Below, piece after piece: positions 28,515 to 37,652 of a stretch of DNA of 64,000 nucleotides. Every line of letters begins with the position of its first letter. Positions within the stretch are counted from its first letter, which is position 1. The notes under the pieces were generated by a model. The model did no database searches, had not been told where the DNA came from, and saw nothing but the letters and a program-made list of their open reading frames with translations. The stretch comes from Longimicrobiales bacterium (GTDB lineage Bacteria > Gemmatimonadota > Gemmatimonadetes > Longimicrobiales > Gaopeijiaceae), in NCBI GenBank assembly GCA_965238005.1, contig OZ250165.1, forward strand, positions 3,360,001 through 3,424,000, given 5' to 3'. The position numbers were made by a program, and so were the translations under genes.

Positions 28515-29090
28515 ATAGAAGAACGTTTCGAGCTGGACGCGCACCCGGACGAGGTCTGGGCATACCTCACCCAGCCCGAGCGCATCGTCGTGTGCCTGCC
28601 AGGAGCCGAGCTCACTGAGGTCATCGACGAGCGGAGCTTTGCGGGAAGGGTCAAGGTGACGCTCGGCCCGGTGGCCATGGACTACCATGGGACGATGGAG
28701 TTCACCGAGGTGGAACCCGAGCAACGGGTCATCCGGATGGAGGGCAAAGGCCAGGAGAGGCGCGGCGGTGGGACGGCCACCCTGACCATGGAGGGCACGG
28801 TCCGCGGGCTGGAAGGGGATCGCTCCGAGGTCTCGGTCGTGGCGGACATCCGGCTGGCCGGCAAGATCGTCTCATTCGGAAGGGGCATGATCCAGGCGGT
28901 CACGGCGGAGGTCTTCAAGGAGTTCACCGAACGCCTGGCCGACGAGCTGGCGGCGAGTGGACCGGCTGATGCAAGTCCTGCCGGGGATGGCGCAGGTCTC
29001 GACACCGAAGAAGGGGGACCGGTGCCCCTGCTCAGGCTTCTCCTCCGGTCCCTCCGATCTTGGCTCCGGCGCCTCTTCGGGCGGGAGTAG
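28500..29090 (+). CDS. CoxG-like SRPBCC family protein
   Basis: EVWAYL..PERIVVCLPGAEL, VKVTLGPV and LAGKIVSFGRGMI motifs. Confidence 0.82.
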   Translation: MSSLKIEERFELDAHPDEVWAYLTQPERIVVCLPGAELTEVIDERSFAGRVKVTLGPVAMDYHGTMEFTEVEPEQRVIRMEGKGQERRGGGTATLTMEGTVRGLEGDRSEVSVVADIRLAGKIVSFGRGMIQAVTAEVFKEFTERLADELAASGPADASPAGDGAGLDTEEGGPVPLLRLLLRSLRSWLRRLFGRE

Positions 29091-30288
29091 GCGGCAGCGT
29101 CAGAGCCTGTGCCAGCTCCCTCAGGCTGTTCAGGCTGTGCACGGGTCGGAAGTCGTCCACGTGCGGAAGGATGGCCCGGATGCCCTGGGCCTCCGGCTGG
29201 AACTCCTCATAGCGGAGGAGGGGATTCAGCCAGAGCAGCCGGCGGCAGGAGCGGTGGAGCCGATCCATGGCCGCTCCGAGTCCCTCCCCCCCTTCCCGGT
29301 CCAACCCGTCGGTGATCAGGAGAACCACGGCTCCCTGCCCCAGCACCCTTCGGGACCAGGAACGGTTGAATGCCTCGATGCAGGCCCCGATGCGCGTGCC
29401 GCCGTCCCAGTCCTTCACCACATGGCTCAGGCGCTCCAGCGCCACGTCCACGTCGCGATGCCGTAGGTGACGGGTTGCGTTGGTGAGGCGGGTCCCGAAC
29501 AGGAAGGTGTGCACCCGATCCCTGTCGTTGGTCAGCGAGTGCAGGAAGTGGAGGAGCATCCGGGTGTATCCGCTCATGGACCCCGAGATGTCGCACAGGG
29601 CAACGAGGGTGGGAGGCCTCCGGCGCCGGGCGCGCCACTCCAGCGGTATGGTGGCCCCTCCGGCTCTGACCGTCGCGCGGTGCGTGCGTCGCAGGTCCAC
29701 TTCGGATCCTGCCGGGTGGGGCCGGCGTCGCCGGGTCGGCAGGTCCCGGACCGGGACGCGCAACCGGGCGATGGCTTCACGGGCGGCCTCGATCTCGGCG
29801 ACGGACATCTGCTCGAAGTCCTTCTCCGACAGAGCCTCCCGTTGGGAGTAGGTCATTCGGAGGTCCACCCCGACCCTCTCGTGTTCCGGGCCGGCCCCGG
29901 GACCACCGTCGGCCCAGGCCTCGGCGAGACGCCGCGGTAGGGGTGGGCCCTCGGGCACGGGAACCTTGGACACGGACAGGAGCTCCTCCAGGACCGAGTT
30001 GGAGGGAGGGCGATCAGACCAGAAGAGCTTGAAAACCTCGTAGAAGGTCGGCCGGTGCTCGCCCCGTCTCACTAAGACGGCGTGGAGGGCCCAGAAGAAC
30101 TCGTCGGGGCGTGTGACGTCCACAGCGGCCAGAGCCCCTACGGCGTTGAGCACGTCGCCCGGCCCCGTGGGGAGCCCCGCCCGCCGGAGCAGCCGGGCGA
30201 AGTCGGTGACCCTTTCGGTAAGCCGTTCGCCCCACCGGGAGTCTCCGCTGCCGGACTCCCCGTGACCGGACGATCCCCCTCTAGACAA
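29032..30288 (-). CDS. CoxE-like VWA-domain protein (start uncertain)
   Basis: FARLLRRAGLP, LCDISGSM (MIDAS), WDGGTRIG, ITDGLD and WLNPLL motifs. Confidence 0.85.
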   Translation of the reverse strand: MSRGGSSGHGESGSGDSRWGERLTERVTDFARLLRRAGLPTGPGDVLNAVGALAAVDVTRPDEFFWALHAVLVRRGEHRPTFYEVFKLFWSDRPPSNSVLEELLSVSKVPVPEGPPLPRRLAEAWADGGPGAGPEHERVGVDLRMTYSQREALSEKDFEQMSVAEIEAAREAIARLRVPVRDLPTRRRRPHPAGSEVDLRRTHRATVRAGGATIPLEWRARRRRPPTLVALCDISGSMSGYTRMLLHFLHSLTNDRDRVHTFLFGTRLTNATRHLRHRDVDVALERLSHVVKDWDGGTRIGACIEAFNRSWSRRVLGQGAVVLLITDGLDREGGEGLGAAMDRLHRSCRRLLWLNPLLRYEEFQPEAQGIRAILPHVDDFRPVHSLNSLRELAQALTLPPTPARRGAGAKIGGTGGEA

Positions 30289-31189
30289 CTTCCTGCATGA
30301 TGGCCAAGGCCGGCTCGCCGCGCACCCGCGCCAGGTCGTCTTCGTACTTGAGAAGCACACCCAGCGTATCGTTCACCACGTCGCCGTCCAGGCTCGACCG
30401 TCCCAGGGTCAATAGCGCCCGGGTCCAGTCGATGGACTCGGCGAGACCGGGTACCTTGAAGAGATCCTCCTGCCGCAGCCGCTGGACGAAGCCTACCACC
30501 TGGCGGGTGAACTCCTCCCCCGCCTCGGGCACCCGAACCGCGACGATCTCCGTCTCGCGATCCCTGGTCGGGTAGTCGATCCAGTGGTAGAAGCACCGGC
30601 GTTTGAGGGCGTCGTGGATCTCGCGCGTCCGGTTGGAGGTGATGATCACCACCGGCGGCTCCTTCGCCTTGATCGTTCCCACCTCCGGCACGGTGATCTG
30701 GAAGTCGGAGAGGAGCTCCAGGAGAAAGGCCTCGAAGGGTTCGTCGGTGCGGTCCAGCTCGTCGATGAGGAGGACGGGTGGCCCCTCCGGACGTGGCGCC
30801 AGGGCTTCCAGGAGGGGCCTGTGGATCAGGAACTCGTCCGAGAAGACGTCGGACTCGAGGCGGGCCCGATCCGTGACGCCCGCCGCCTCGGCGATCCGGA
30901 TCTCGATCATCTGGCGAGCGTAGTTCCACTCGTAGACCGCGGACGATACGTCCAGACCCTCATAGCACTGGAGGCGGATCAGACGCCGCCGCAGTCCTGA
31001 GGCCAGAACCTTCCCCACCTCGGTCTTGCCTACCCCAGCCTCTCCCTCCAGGAAGAGCGGCCTCCCCAGACGCAGAGACAGGTAGACGGCCGTCGCGAGA
31101 GACCGGTCCGCTACGTAGCGCTCCTCCTGGAGGAGCTCGAGGGTCTCATCGACCGAATCCGGGATCGATACGCGCTCTTCTATGCGCAC
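30281..31189 (-). CDS. CoxD-like MoxR family AAA+ ATPase
   Basis: [26 protein letters not shown] and [16 protein letters not shown] motifs. Confidence 0.9.
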   Translation of the reverse strand: MRIEERVSIPDSVDETLELLQEERYVADRSLATAVYLSLRLGRPLFLEGEAGVGKTEVGKVLASGLRRRLIRLQCYEGLDVSSAVYEWNYARQMIEIRIAEAAGVTDRARLESDVFSDEFLIHRPLLEALAPRPEGPPVLLIDELDRTDEPFEAFLLELLSDFQITVPEVGTIKAKEPPVVIITSNRTREIHDALKRRCFYHWIDYPTRDRETEIVAVRVPEAGEEFTRQVVGFVQRLRQEDLFKVPGLAESIDWTRALLTLGRSSLDGDVVNDTLGVLLKYEDDLARVRGEPALAIMQEVV

Positions 31190-31974
31190 GCCTCCACAGC
31201 ACGGCGGGCCATGACGGACACCAGGTGGGCCCGGTACTCCGCGCTGGCGTCCGTGTCCGAGACCAGACCGTCCTGCTCCACGCCGATGCCGTCGAGGGCT
31301 CCCGGCGCGAAGTCGGAGGCCAGAGCGTCTTCCATGGCCTCCACGCGGAAGACCTTATACCCGGCGCCGGACACCGCCACCCGGACGCCGTCGCCGCCCT
31401 GGGCCACCATGACGCCGGTGATGGCGTACTTGGAGGCCGGGTTTGGGAACTTGGCGTAGGCGGCCCTCTCAGGAATCGGGAAGCGGACCGACGTGATGAT
31501 CTCGTCGTCCTCGAGCGGAGTCTCGAACATGCCCACGAAGAAGTCGCCGGCGGCGATCTCACGCCGATCGGTCACGACCGTGGCCCCGAGCGCGACCAGG
31601 GCGGCCGGATAGTCGGCCCCCGGATCACTGTGTGCCACCGAGCCACCCAGCGTGCCTCGGTTCCGCACCTGCGGGTCTCCGATCCCTCCCGCCAGGTCGG
31701 CGAGAGCCGGGATCGCGTCCTGCACTTCGGCGGAGCCGTTCACCTCTGCGTGGGTCATGGCGGCCCCGATCACCAGGGTATCGCCGTCCCGCTGGATTCC
31801 CCGGAGCTCGTCGAGCCCGGCCAGCGACACCACGTCGCTGGGCGCCGCCATGTCCAGCTTCATGATGGGGAGCAGGCTCTGACCACCGGCCATGAACTTG
31901 CCCTCGTCGGTCCCGCGCATGGCGTTCTGTGCCTCGGTCACCGTGCCGGGACGATGGAACGTGAAGTCATCCAT
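31180..31974 (-). CDS. CoxM-like FAD-binding medium subunit of a molybdenum hydroxylase
   Basis: [24 protein letters not shown] and SAEYRAHL motifs. Confidence 0.92.
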   Translation of the reverse strand: MDDFTFHRPGTVTEAQNAMRGTDEGKFMAGGQSLLPIMKLDMAAPSDVVSLAGLDELRGIQRDGDTLVIGAAMTHAEVNGSAEVQDAIPALADLAGGIGDPQVRNRGTLGGSVAHSDPGADYPAALVALGATVVTDRREIAAGDFFVGMFETPLEDDEIITSVRFPIPERAAYAKFPNPASKYAITGVMVAQGGDGVRVAVSGAGYKVFRVEAMEDALASDFAPGALDGIGVEQDGLVSDTDASAEYRAHLVSVMARRAVEACA

Positions 31975-31986
31975 TGTTCTTCCCCC

Positions 31987-34356
31987 TCAGCTCGAGGTCT
32001 GGGCGTCCCGGATAGTGCGCCACACGCGCTCCGGAGTCGCCGGCATGTCCATGTGCTCGACGCCTAGATGCGCCAGGGCGTCCACGACGGCGTTGATGAC
32101 CGCGGGGGGGATTCCGATGGAGCCCACCTCCCCGACACCCTTCACACCCAGCGGGTTGTGGGTGCAGTGCGTGATGTTGTGCCCCGTCTTGAAGAACGGC
32201 AGATCGGCCGCCCGGGGCATGCAGTAGTTCATGTACGATCCAGTGAGGAGCTGCCCACTGTCGTCGTACTTACAGTGCTCCAGGAGCGCCTGCCCGATCC
32301 CGTGCGCCAGGCCTCCGTGCATCTGGCCGTCGACGATCATGGGATTGATGATGCGCCCCACGTCGTCGGCGCAGGACACCGCCACCAGCTCCACGACACC
32401 CGTCTCGGCGTCGATCTCCACCTCGGCCACATGAGCCCCGGCCGGAAAGGTGAAGTTCTTGGGATCGTAGAAGGCCGTCTCGTCCAGACCAGGCTCCAGT
32501 CCTTCCGGATAGTTATGCGGCACGTAGGCCGCCAGCGACACGTCGCCGAGACCCAGGGACTTGTCCGTGCCGGCCACGGTGAAGCGGCCGTCCTCGAAGA
32601 CGACGTCGGCCTCGGAGGCCTCCATGAGATGGGCTGCGATCTTGGTACCCTTCTTGATGATCTTCTGCAGGGCCTCGTAGATGGCGGACCCACCCACCGC
32701 CACCGAGCGGGAGCCGTAGGTGCCCATGCCGAAGGGCACCTGGGCGGTATCACCGTGAACGACCTCCACCTGGTCGATCCCGATGCCCAGACCCTCGACC
32801 ACGATCTGGGCGAAGGTCGTCTCGTGGCCCTGGCCGTGGCTGTGGCTCCCGGTAAAGACCGTCACGCTCCCTGTGGGATGCACGCGCACCTGCCCCACCT
32901 CGAAGAGCCCGGCGCGCGCTCCCAGCGCGCCCGCCACCGCCGACGGGGCGACGCCGCACGCCTCCAGGAACGTCGAGAGGCCGATCCCCCGGAGCTTCCC
33001 CCTGGACTTGGCCTCCTCCCGGCGAGCCTCGAAGCCCCCCCAGTCCGAGAGCTCTAGCACCAAGTCCAGCGTGCCGTCGTAGTCCCCCGTGTCGTACTCA
33101 AACAACACCGGCGTCTGATAGGGGAACTGATCCGGCTGGATGAAGTTCCTTCGCCGGATCTCCACCGGATCTATCCCCAGCCGGCGGGCAGCCACGTCCA
33201 CGAGGCGCTCCAGCATGAAGGCGGCCTCCGGTCGCCCGGCACCCCGGACCGCGTCCACCGGCACCGTGTTGGTGAAGATCGCCTTCACTTCACCGTAGAT
33301 GGCCGGCGTACTGTAGCATCCCGAGAAGACCGTCCCATGGAGGTAGGTAGGTATCAGGGGTGCGAAGGTCGAGAGGTACGCGCCCATGTTCGCCAGTGTG
33401 CTCACGCGCAGACCCAGGAAGCGCCCTTCGCCGTCCAGGGCGAGCTCGGCGTGGGTTATATGATCCCGTCCGTGGGCGTCGGACATGAACGACTCCGAGC
33501 GCTCCGCCGTCCACTTGACGGGCCGCCCGAGCTTGGACGACGCCCAGGTCACGATGACCTCTTCGGCGTAGTGGAAGAACTTCGAACCGAACGCTCCCCC
33601 CACGTCCGGTGACACGACCCGGAGCTTGTGCTCAGGAATCTGTAGGACGAAGGCGCCCATCAGGAGCCGCACGACGTGGGGAAACTGGCTCGATGTGTAG
33701 AGCGTGTAGTCCTCCCCTACCGGGTCGTAGTCGCCGATGGCCACCCGAGGCTCGATGGCGTTGGGGATGAGACGGTTGTTCACGATGTCGAGGGCCACCA
33801 CGTGCTCGGCTCCCCCGAATGCCGCGTCGGTGGCGGCCTTGTCGCCGATCTCCCAGTCGAAGCAGACGTTGGCAGGCGCGTCGTCCCAGACCTGCGGGGC
33901 GCCGTCGCTCACGGCCCGGCTCAAAGACGCCACCGCCGGGAGGCTCTCGTACTCGACGTCGACGAGGGCTGCGGCAGCCTTGGCCGCCGCCTTCGTCTCG
34001 GCTACGACCACGGCGACGATATCCCCCACGTGCCGTACCCGCTCGACGACGAGCGGCGGGTGCGGCGGCTCGACCATGGGCGAGCCGTCCTTGCTGTGGA
34101 TCTGCCATCCGCAAGGGAGCCCGCCCACTCCGTCGGCGGCCATATCCGCGCCGGTGAACACGGCCACCACGCCCGGGGCGGCCGCGGCCGCCGCGGTGTC
34201 GATGCCGGAGATGTTGCCGTGCGCCTCCGGAGAGCGCACGAGGTAGGCGTACGTCTGTCTGGGCCGATTGATGTCGTCCGTGTAGTTGCCCCTTCCCATG
34301 AGGAAGCGGCCATCTTCCTTCCGCCGCACGGCGGCCCCGATTCCGTTCTCCGCCAT
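31987..34356 (-). CDS. CoxL form-II-like molybdopterin-binding large subunit (xanthine dehydrogenase family)
   Basis: [44 protein letters not shown] and KGVGE. Lacks the form I AYXCSFR motif. Confidence 0.9.
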   Translation of the reverse strand: MAENGIGAAVRRKEDGRFLMGRGNYTDDINRPRQTYAYLVRSPEAHGNISGIDTAAAAAAPGVVAVFTGADMAADGVGGLPCGWQIHSKDGSPMVEPPHPPLVVERVRHVGDIVAVVVAETKAAAKAAAALVDVEYESLPAVASLSRAVSDGAPQVWDDAPANVCFDWEIGDKAATDAAFGGAEHVVALDIVNNRLIPNAIEPRVAIGDYDPVGEDYTLYTSSQFPHVVRLLMGAFVLQIPEHKLRVVSPDVGGAFGSKFFHYAEEVIVTWASSKLGRPVKWTAERSESFMSDAHGRDHITHAELALDGEGRFLGLRVSTLANMGAYLSTFAPLIPTYLHGTVFSGCYSTPAIYGEVKAIFTNTVPVDAVRGAGRPEAAFMLERLVDVAARRLGIDPVEIRRRNFIQPDQFPYQTPVLFEYDTGDYDGTLDLVLELSDWGGFEARREEAKSRGKLRGIGLSTFLEACGVAPSAVAGALGARAGLFEVGQVRVHPTGSVTVFTGSHSHGQGHETTFAQIVVEGLGIGIDQVEVVHGDTAQVPFGMGTYGSRSVAVGGSAIYEALQKIIKKGTKIAAHLMEASEADVVFEDGRFTVAGTDKSLGLGDVSLAAYVPHNYPEGLEPGLDETAFYDPKNFTFPAGAHVAEVEIDAETGVVELVAVSCADDVGRIINPMIVDGQMHGGLAHGIGQALLEHCKYDDSGQLLTGSYMNYCMPRAADLPFFKTGHNITHCTHNPLGVKGVGEVGSIGIPPAVINAVVDALAHLGVEHMDMPATPERVWRTIRDAQTSS

Positions 34357-34357
34357 G

Positions 34358-34825
34358 TCAGCCTCCCATCTCCGAGGCCGCCGCCTGCACGGCCTTCACG
34401 ATGTTGTGGTATCCGGTGCAGCGGCAGAGGTTGCCCTCGAGCCACTCCCGCACCTCGCCTTCGGACGGGTCGGGATTTCTGCTCACCAGGTCGAGACTGC
34501 TCATCACGATGCCCGGGGTGCAGAACCCGCACTGAAGGCCGTGATGCTCCTTGAAGGCTTCCTGCATGGGGTGAAGCGCTCCGTTCGTCGCGACCCCTTC
34601 GATGGTCGTGACCTCGGCGCCTTCGGCCTCGACGGCCAACATGGTGCAGCTCTTGACCGACTTGCCCCCGACGTGGACGACGCAGGCCCCGCACTGGCTC
34701 GTGTCGCACCCCACGTGGGTGCCGGTCAGGGTCAGGGTCTCACGGAGAAAGTCCACGAGAAGGGTGCGCGCTTCGACTTCACGCGAGACCGCTTGGCCGT
34801 TTACCTGTATCGAGACGACTGGCAT
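34358..34825 (-). CDS. CoxS-like 2x[2Fe-2S] small subunit
   Basis: [20 protein letters not shown] and NLCRCTGY motifs. Confidence 0.93.
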   Translation of the reverse strand: MPVVSIQVNGQAVSREVEARTLLVDFLRETLTLTGTHVGCDTSQCGACVVHVGGKSVKSCTMLAVEAEGAEVTTIEGVATNGALHPMQEAFKEHHGLQCGFCTPGIVMSSLDLVSRNPDPSEGEVREWLEGNLCRCTGYHNIVKAVQAAASEMGG

Positions 34826-35038
34826 GAACGACTCCCTTGCAGGAGAAGGTTCACGGCCAGTCCCGAGGGATCCGGCCGCGAAGGGAATGCGGTCAGGATG
34901 GGGCGCAGAAAACCCCCGGTCAAGCGACGCTGAGGCTACTCATACGAGGTCGCGTAGAAGTTGGGTACCGCATCCCCCGGGCGTCGCACACGAGGGCCAG
35001 CGTCCCGGCACCGCCAGGCGCCTCGAGTCGCCGCCCGG

Positions 35039-36505
35039 TCAGGCCGTGGCGGAGCGGCTGGTCCCTCCGCTGAGGAACAGGGCGTCGAGCGCGCTCAGGA
35101 GCTCTTCGGCGACGAACGGCTTCTGAAGGAACGGAATCTCGTAGCGCTGACAGAGGAGCATCTCCTCCTCGTCCAGCGTGGCTCCGCTCATGACCACCGC
35201 CCTGGTGTTCTCGAATTCCTTGATTAGCTCCACCGCCAGACCCACGCCCTCTCCGTCCGGAAGGATGTGATCGAAAAGCAGAATGTCGGGCACCGCCTCC
35301 ATGACCCTCCGGCGGGCGCCTTCCGACGACGACGCAATCATGACCTTGTGCCCCTCGTTGGTCAGGACCCGCTCGATCCAGCCGAGGAGGGCGTTGTTGT
35401 CGTCTACGGCGAGGATGGTCACCGCCGCCATCTCCGGGCGGGGTGTCCCGCCCGTGGCCACCAGGGTGAGCTGGTCGCCCTCTTCCTGGAGGTCAACGGT
35501 GACGATGGCGCCCGGTGCCACGTCGCCATTGGCCACCATGGCGGCCAGTGGTTGCGTGAGGTGTCGATGGATGGTGCGGCGGAGCTCACGGGCACCGTAT
35601 TCCATGCTCGTCCCCTTGTCGAGCATGAAGAACCGGGCCGCGGGCGCCACCTCGATCTCGAAGGAGCGGCTTCCCAGACGACTCTGGACGTGACGCTGCA
35701 AGTCCATCACGTGCTGGTCAAGGATCGCCACCAGGGAATCGTTCCCCAGAGGACGGTACGTGATGACCGCGTCGATCCGGTTGACGAACTCGGGCGAGAA
35801 GTGACGCTGAACGGCCCGCAGGCCCACGCGTTCCAGGTGGGCCGAGAGCTCGGGGCCGGGCCGCCGCGGCCTAGTGTCGAAGCCCAGTCCCGGCTGGATC
35901 TCCGACATCATGTCTCGGGCACCCAGGTTGCTCGTCAGGAAGATGAGCGCCTTCTCGAAGTCCACCTCCGAGCCGTCGCCCAGCCTCAGGGTGGCCTTGT
36001 CGAGCACACCGAGAAGCAGCTGGGCAAGCGAAGGAGCGGCCTTCTCGATCTCGTCGAAGAGGACCAGTGAAAGATCGGACTGCTCGCTGGCCGCCGCGTC
36101 CAGGATGTGCTGGGTGAGCCGGGGCTCCGTCTGGGCGTGCCCCACGTACCCAGGAGGTGCGCCGATGAGCTTGGCCACCTCGTGCTCGTTCTGAAACTCG
36201 CCACAGTCGATCTTGACCACGCTCCGAATATCCCCGTGGAGCACCTCGGCGAGGGCCTCGACCGTCCGGGTCTTGCCGGTCCCCGTAGGTCCGAGCCGGA
36301 GAAACACTCCCACGGGCCGCCCTTCGGGGGCGAGTCCCGACTGATGAAGCTGGATGCTCGGAACGATGTGCTCCAGGGCGTGGGCCTGGCCGACGACTTT
36401 GCTCGATAACAGCCCGATCAGCTCGTCGGTCCGGGTTGGGGGTGCCACCTCGTCGCCTGGCATCACATCGACCGGCTCGGTCACGTCATCACTGGTCCCA
36501 CTCAA
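35039..36505 (-). CDS. Clp-family AAA+ ATPase (NBD2-type module only) fused to a C-terminal response-regulator receiver domain
   Basis: [44 protein letters not shown] and GARELRR, followed by [24 protein letters not shown]. Confidence 0.85.
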   Translation of the reverse strand: MSGTSDDVTEPVDVMPGDEVAPPTRTDELIGLLSSKVVGQAHALEHIVPSIQLHQSGLAPEGRPVGVFLRLGPTGTGKTRTVEALAEVLHGDIRSVVKIDCGEFQNEHEVAKLIGAPPGYVGHAQTEPRLTQHILDAAASEQSDLSLVLFDEIEKAAPSLAQLLLGVLDKATLRLGDGSEVDFEKALIFLTSNLGARDMMSEIQPGLGFDTRPRRPGPELSAHLERVGLRAVQRHFSPEFVNRIDAVITYRPLGNDSLVAILDQHVMDLQRHVQSRLGSRSFEIEVAPAARFFMLDKGTSMEYGARELRRTIHRHLTQPLAAMVANGDVAPGAIVTVDLQEEGDQLTLVATGGTPRPEMAAVTILAVDDNNALLGWIERVLTNEGHKVMIASSSEGARRRVMEAVPDILLFDHILPDGEGVGLAVELIKEFENTRAVVMSGATLDEEEMLLCQRYEIPFLQKPFVAEELLSALDALFLSGGTSRSATA

Positions 36506-36551
36506 TTCAGGACTCCATCAACGGATCGGCCTCGCGCGAGGGATCCGGTCC

Positions 36552-37427
36552 TCACGCGCCCGCGCTCGAGGCTTCCGCCGCGGCACCTGTCTCCACAGCG
36601 GCGCCGACTAGGTTGCCCCACTCGGTCCACGAGCCGTCGTAGTTCTTGATGCTGTCGTACCCCAACAGGTACTTCAGCGCGAACCACGAGTGGCTGCTGC
36701 GCTCACCGATCCGGCAGTAAGTGATAATGGGCCGCTCTCCCGTGATGCCACGGTCGCCGTACACCGCGGCCAGCTCGTCCCGTGACTTGAACGTACCGTC
36801 GTCGTCGTTGACCGCCATGCCCCATGGGATATTCGACGCACCGGGGATGTGTCCCCCGCGCTGGCAGGTCTCGGGGAGTCCGGGAGGGGCCAGGATCTCT
36901 CCGCTGAACTCGGCGGGGCTGCGTACGTCCACGAGCTCGACCGCGCTGTCGCTGACCTGCTCCTGCACCTCAGGCAGAAACGCCCGGAGGGTGAGGTCGG
37001 CATCGGCAGCCTGGTAGCTCGTGGGCGACACGGAGGGCACATCTGTCGTCATCTCCCGACCCTCCGCCTCCCACTTCTTGCGACCGCCATCCATGAGGCG
37101 CACGTCCTCATGGCCGTAGACCTTGAGCTGCCAGAAGGCCCAGGCCGCGAACCAGTTGTTGCTGTCGCCATACAGCACGACCGTGGATTCGGGGTCGATG
37201 CCGGACTCGGACAGCAGCGCTTCCATGTCCCCCTTGGACAGGATGTCCCGCCGGACCTGATCGGCGAGCTGCGTCTTCCAGCTCCAGCCGATGGCGCCGG
37301 GAAGGTGCCCTTGGTCGTAGAGCTCCGTATCGACGTTCACCTCGACGGCGCTGACCCCCGGGTCGCTGGAGTGCTCACTCACCCAGTCGGTAGTGACGAG
37401 GACTTCGGGATGGGCGTGATCGGACAT
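36552..37427 (-). CDS. Tandem-domain rhodanese / thiosulfate sulfurtransferase
   Basis: LVTTDW, GHLPGA, DVRSPAEF, GHIPGA, YCRIGERS and YDGSWTEWG motifs. AAGGAGG before ATG 37427. Confidence 0.93.
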   Translation of the reverse strand: MSDHAHPEVLVTTDWVSEHSSDPGVSAVEVNVDTELYDQGHLPGAIGWSWKTQLADQVRRDILSKGDMEALLSESGIDPESTVVLYGDSNNWFAAWAFWQLKVYGHEDVRLMDGGRKKWEAEGREMTTDVPSVSPTSYQAADADLTLRAFLPEVQEQVSDSAVELVDVRSPAEFSGEILAPPGLPETCQRGGHIPGASNIPWGMAVNDDDGTFKSRDELAAVYGDRGITGERPIITYCRIGERSSHSWFALKYLLGYDSIKNYDGSWTEWGNLVGAAVETGAAAEASSAGA

Positions 37428-37579
37428 GACTGGCCTCCTTGGGAAAGAGCCGGCGGGTAAAGAGCCCGGAGACACTCCGGGCCACCTCCACAGCGAAAAC
37501 CTGTGAACGATCGGATTCGTTCCGATCATACCCCAGCTTTGTGAAAAGGAAACCGGAATAGCGGGACGGGGGGCTCAAG

Positions 37580-37604
37580 CCGTCGCCCCCCAGGGGGGCG
37601 ACGG
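37580..37604 (-). terminator. GC-rich hairpin downstream of nrdJ (possible terminator, weak U-tract)
   Basis: CCGTCGCCCCC...GGGGGCGACGG stem about 50 nt after the nrdJ stop. Confidence 0.4.
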
Positions 37605-37652
37605 GCCGAGGGAAGATCAGATCAGGAGGTCAGTGAATGAAGATGGCTTCCA

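Noticed and set aside
31987..34356. Bona fide form I aerobic CO dehydrogenase
   Set aside because: It lacks the AYXCSFR copper-binding motif, and the gene order is S-L-M.
37475..37500. SAM-I riboswitch upstream of the sulfurtransferase (GTGGAGG..TGGCCCG resemblance)
   Set aside because: The flanking conserved elements (ATC.AGAG, GCAACC, GTGC.AA) are missing.
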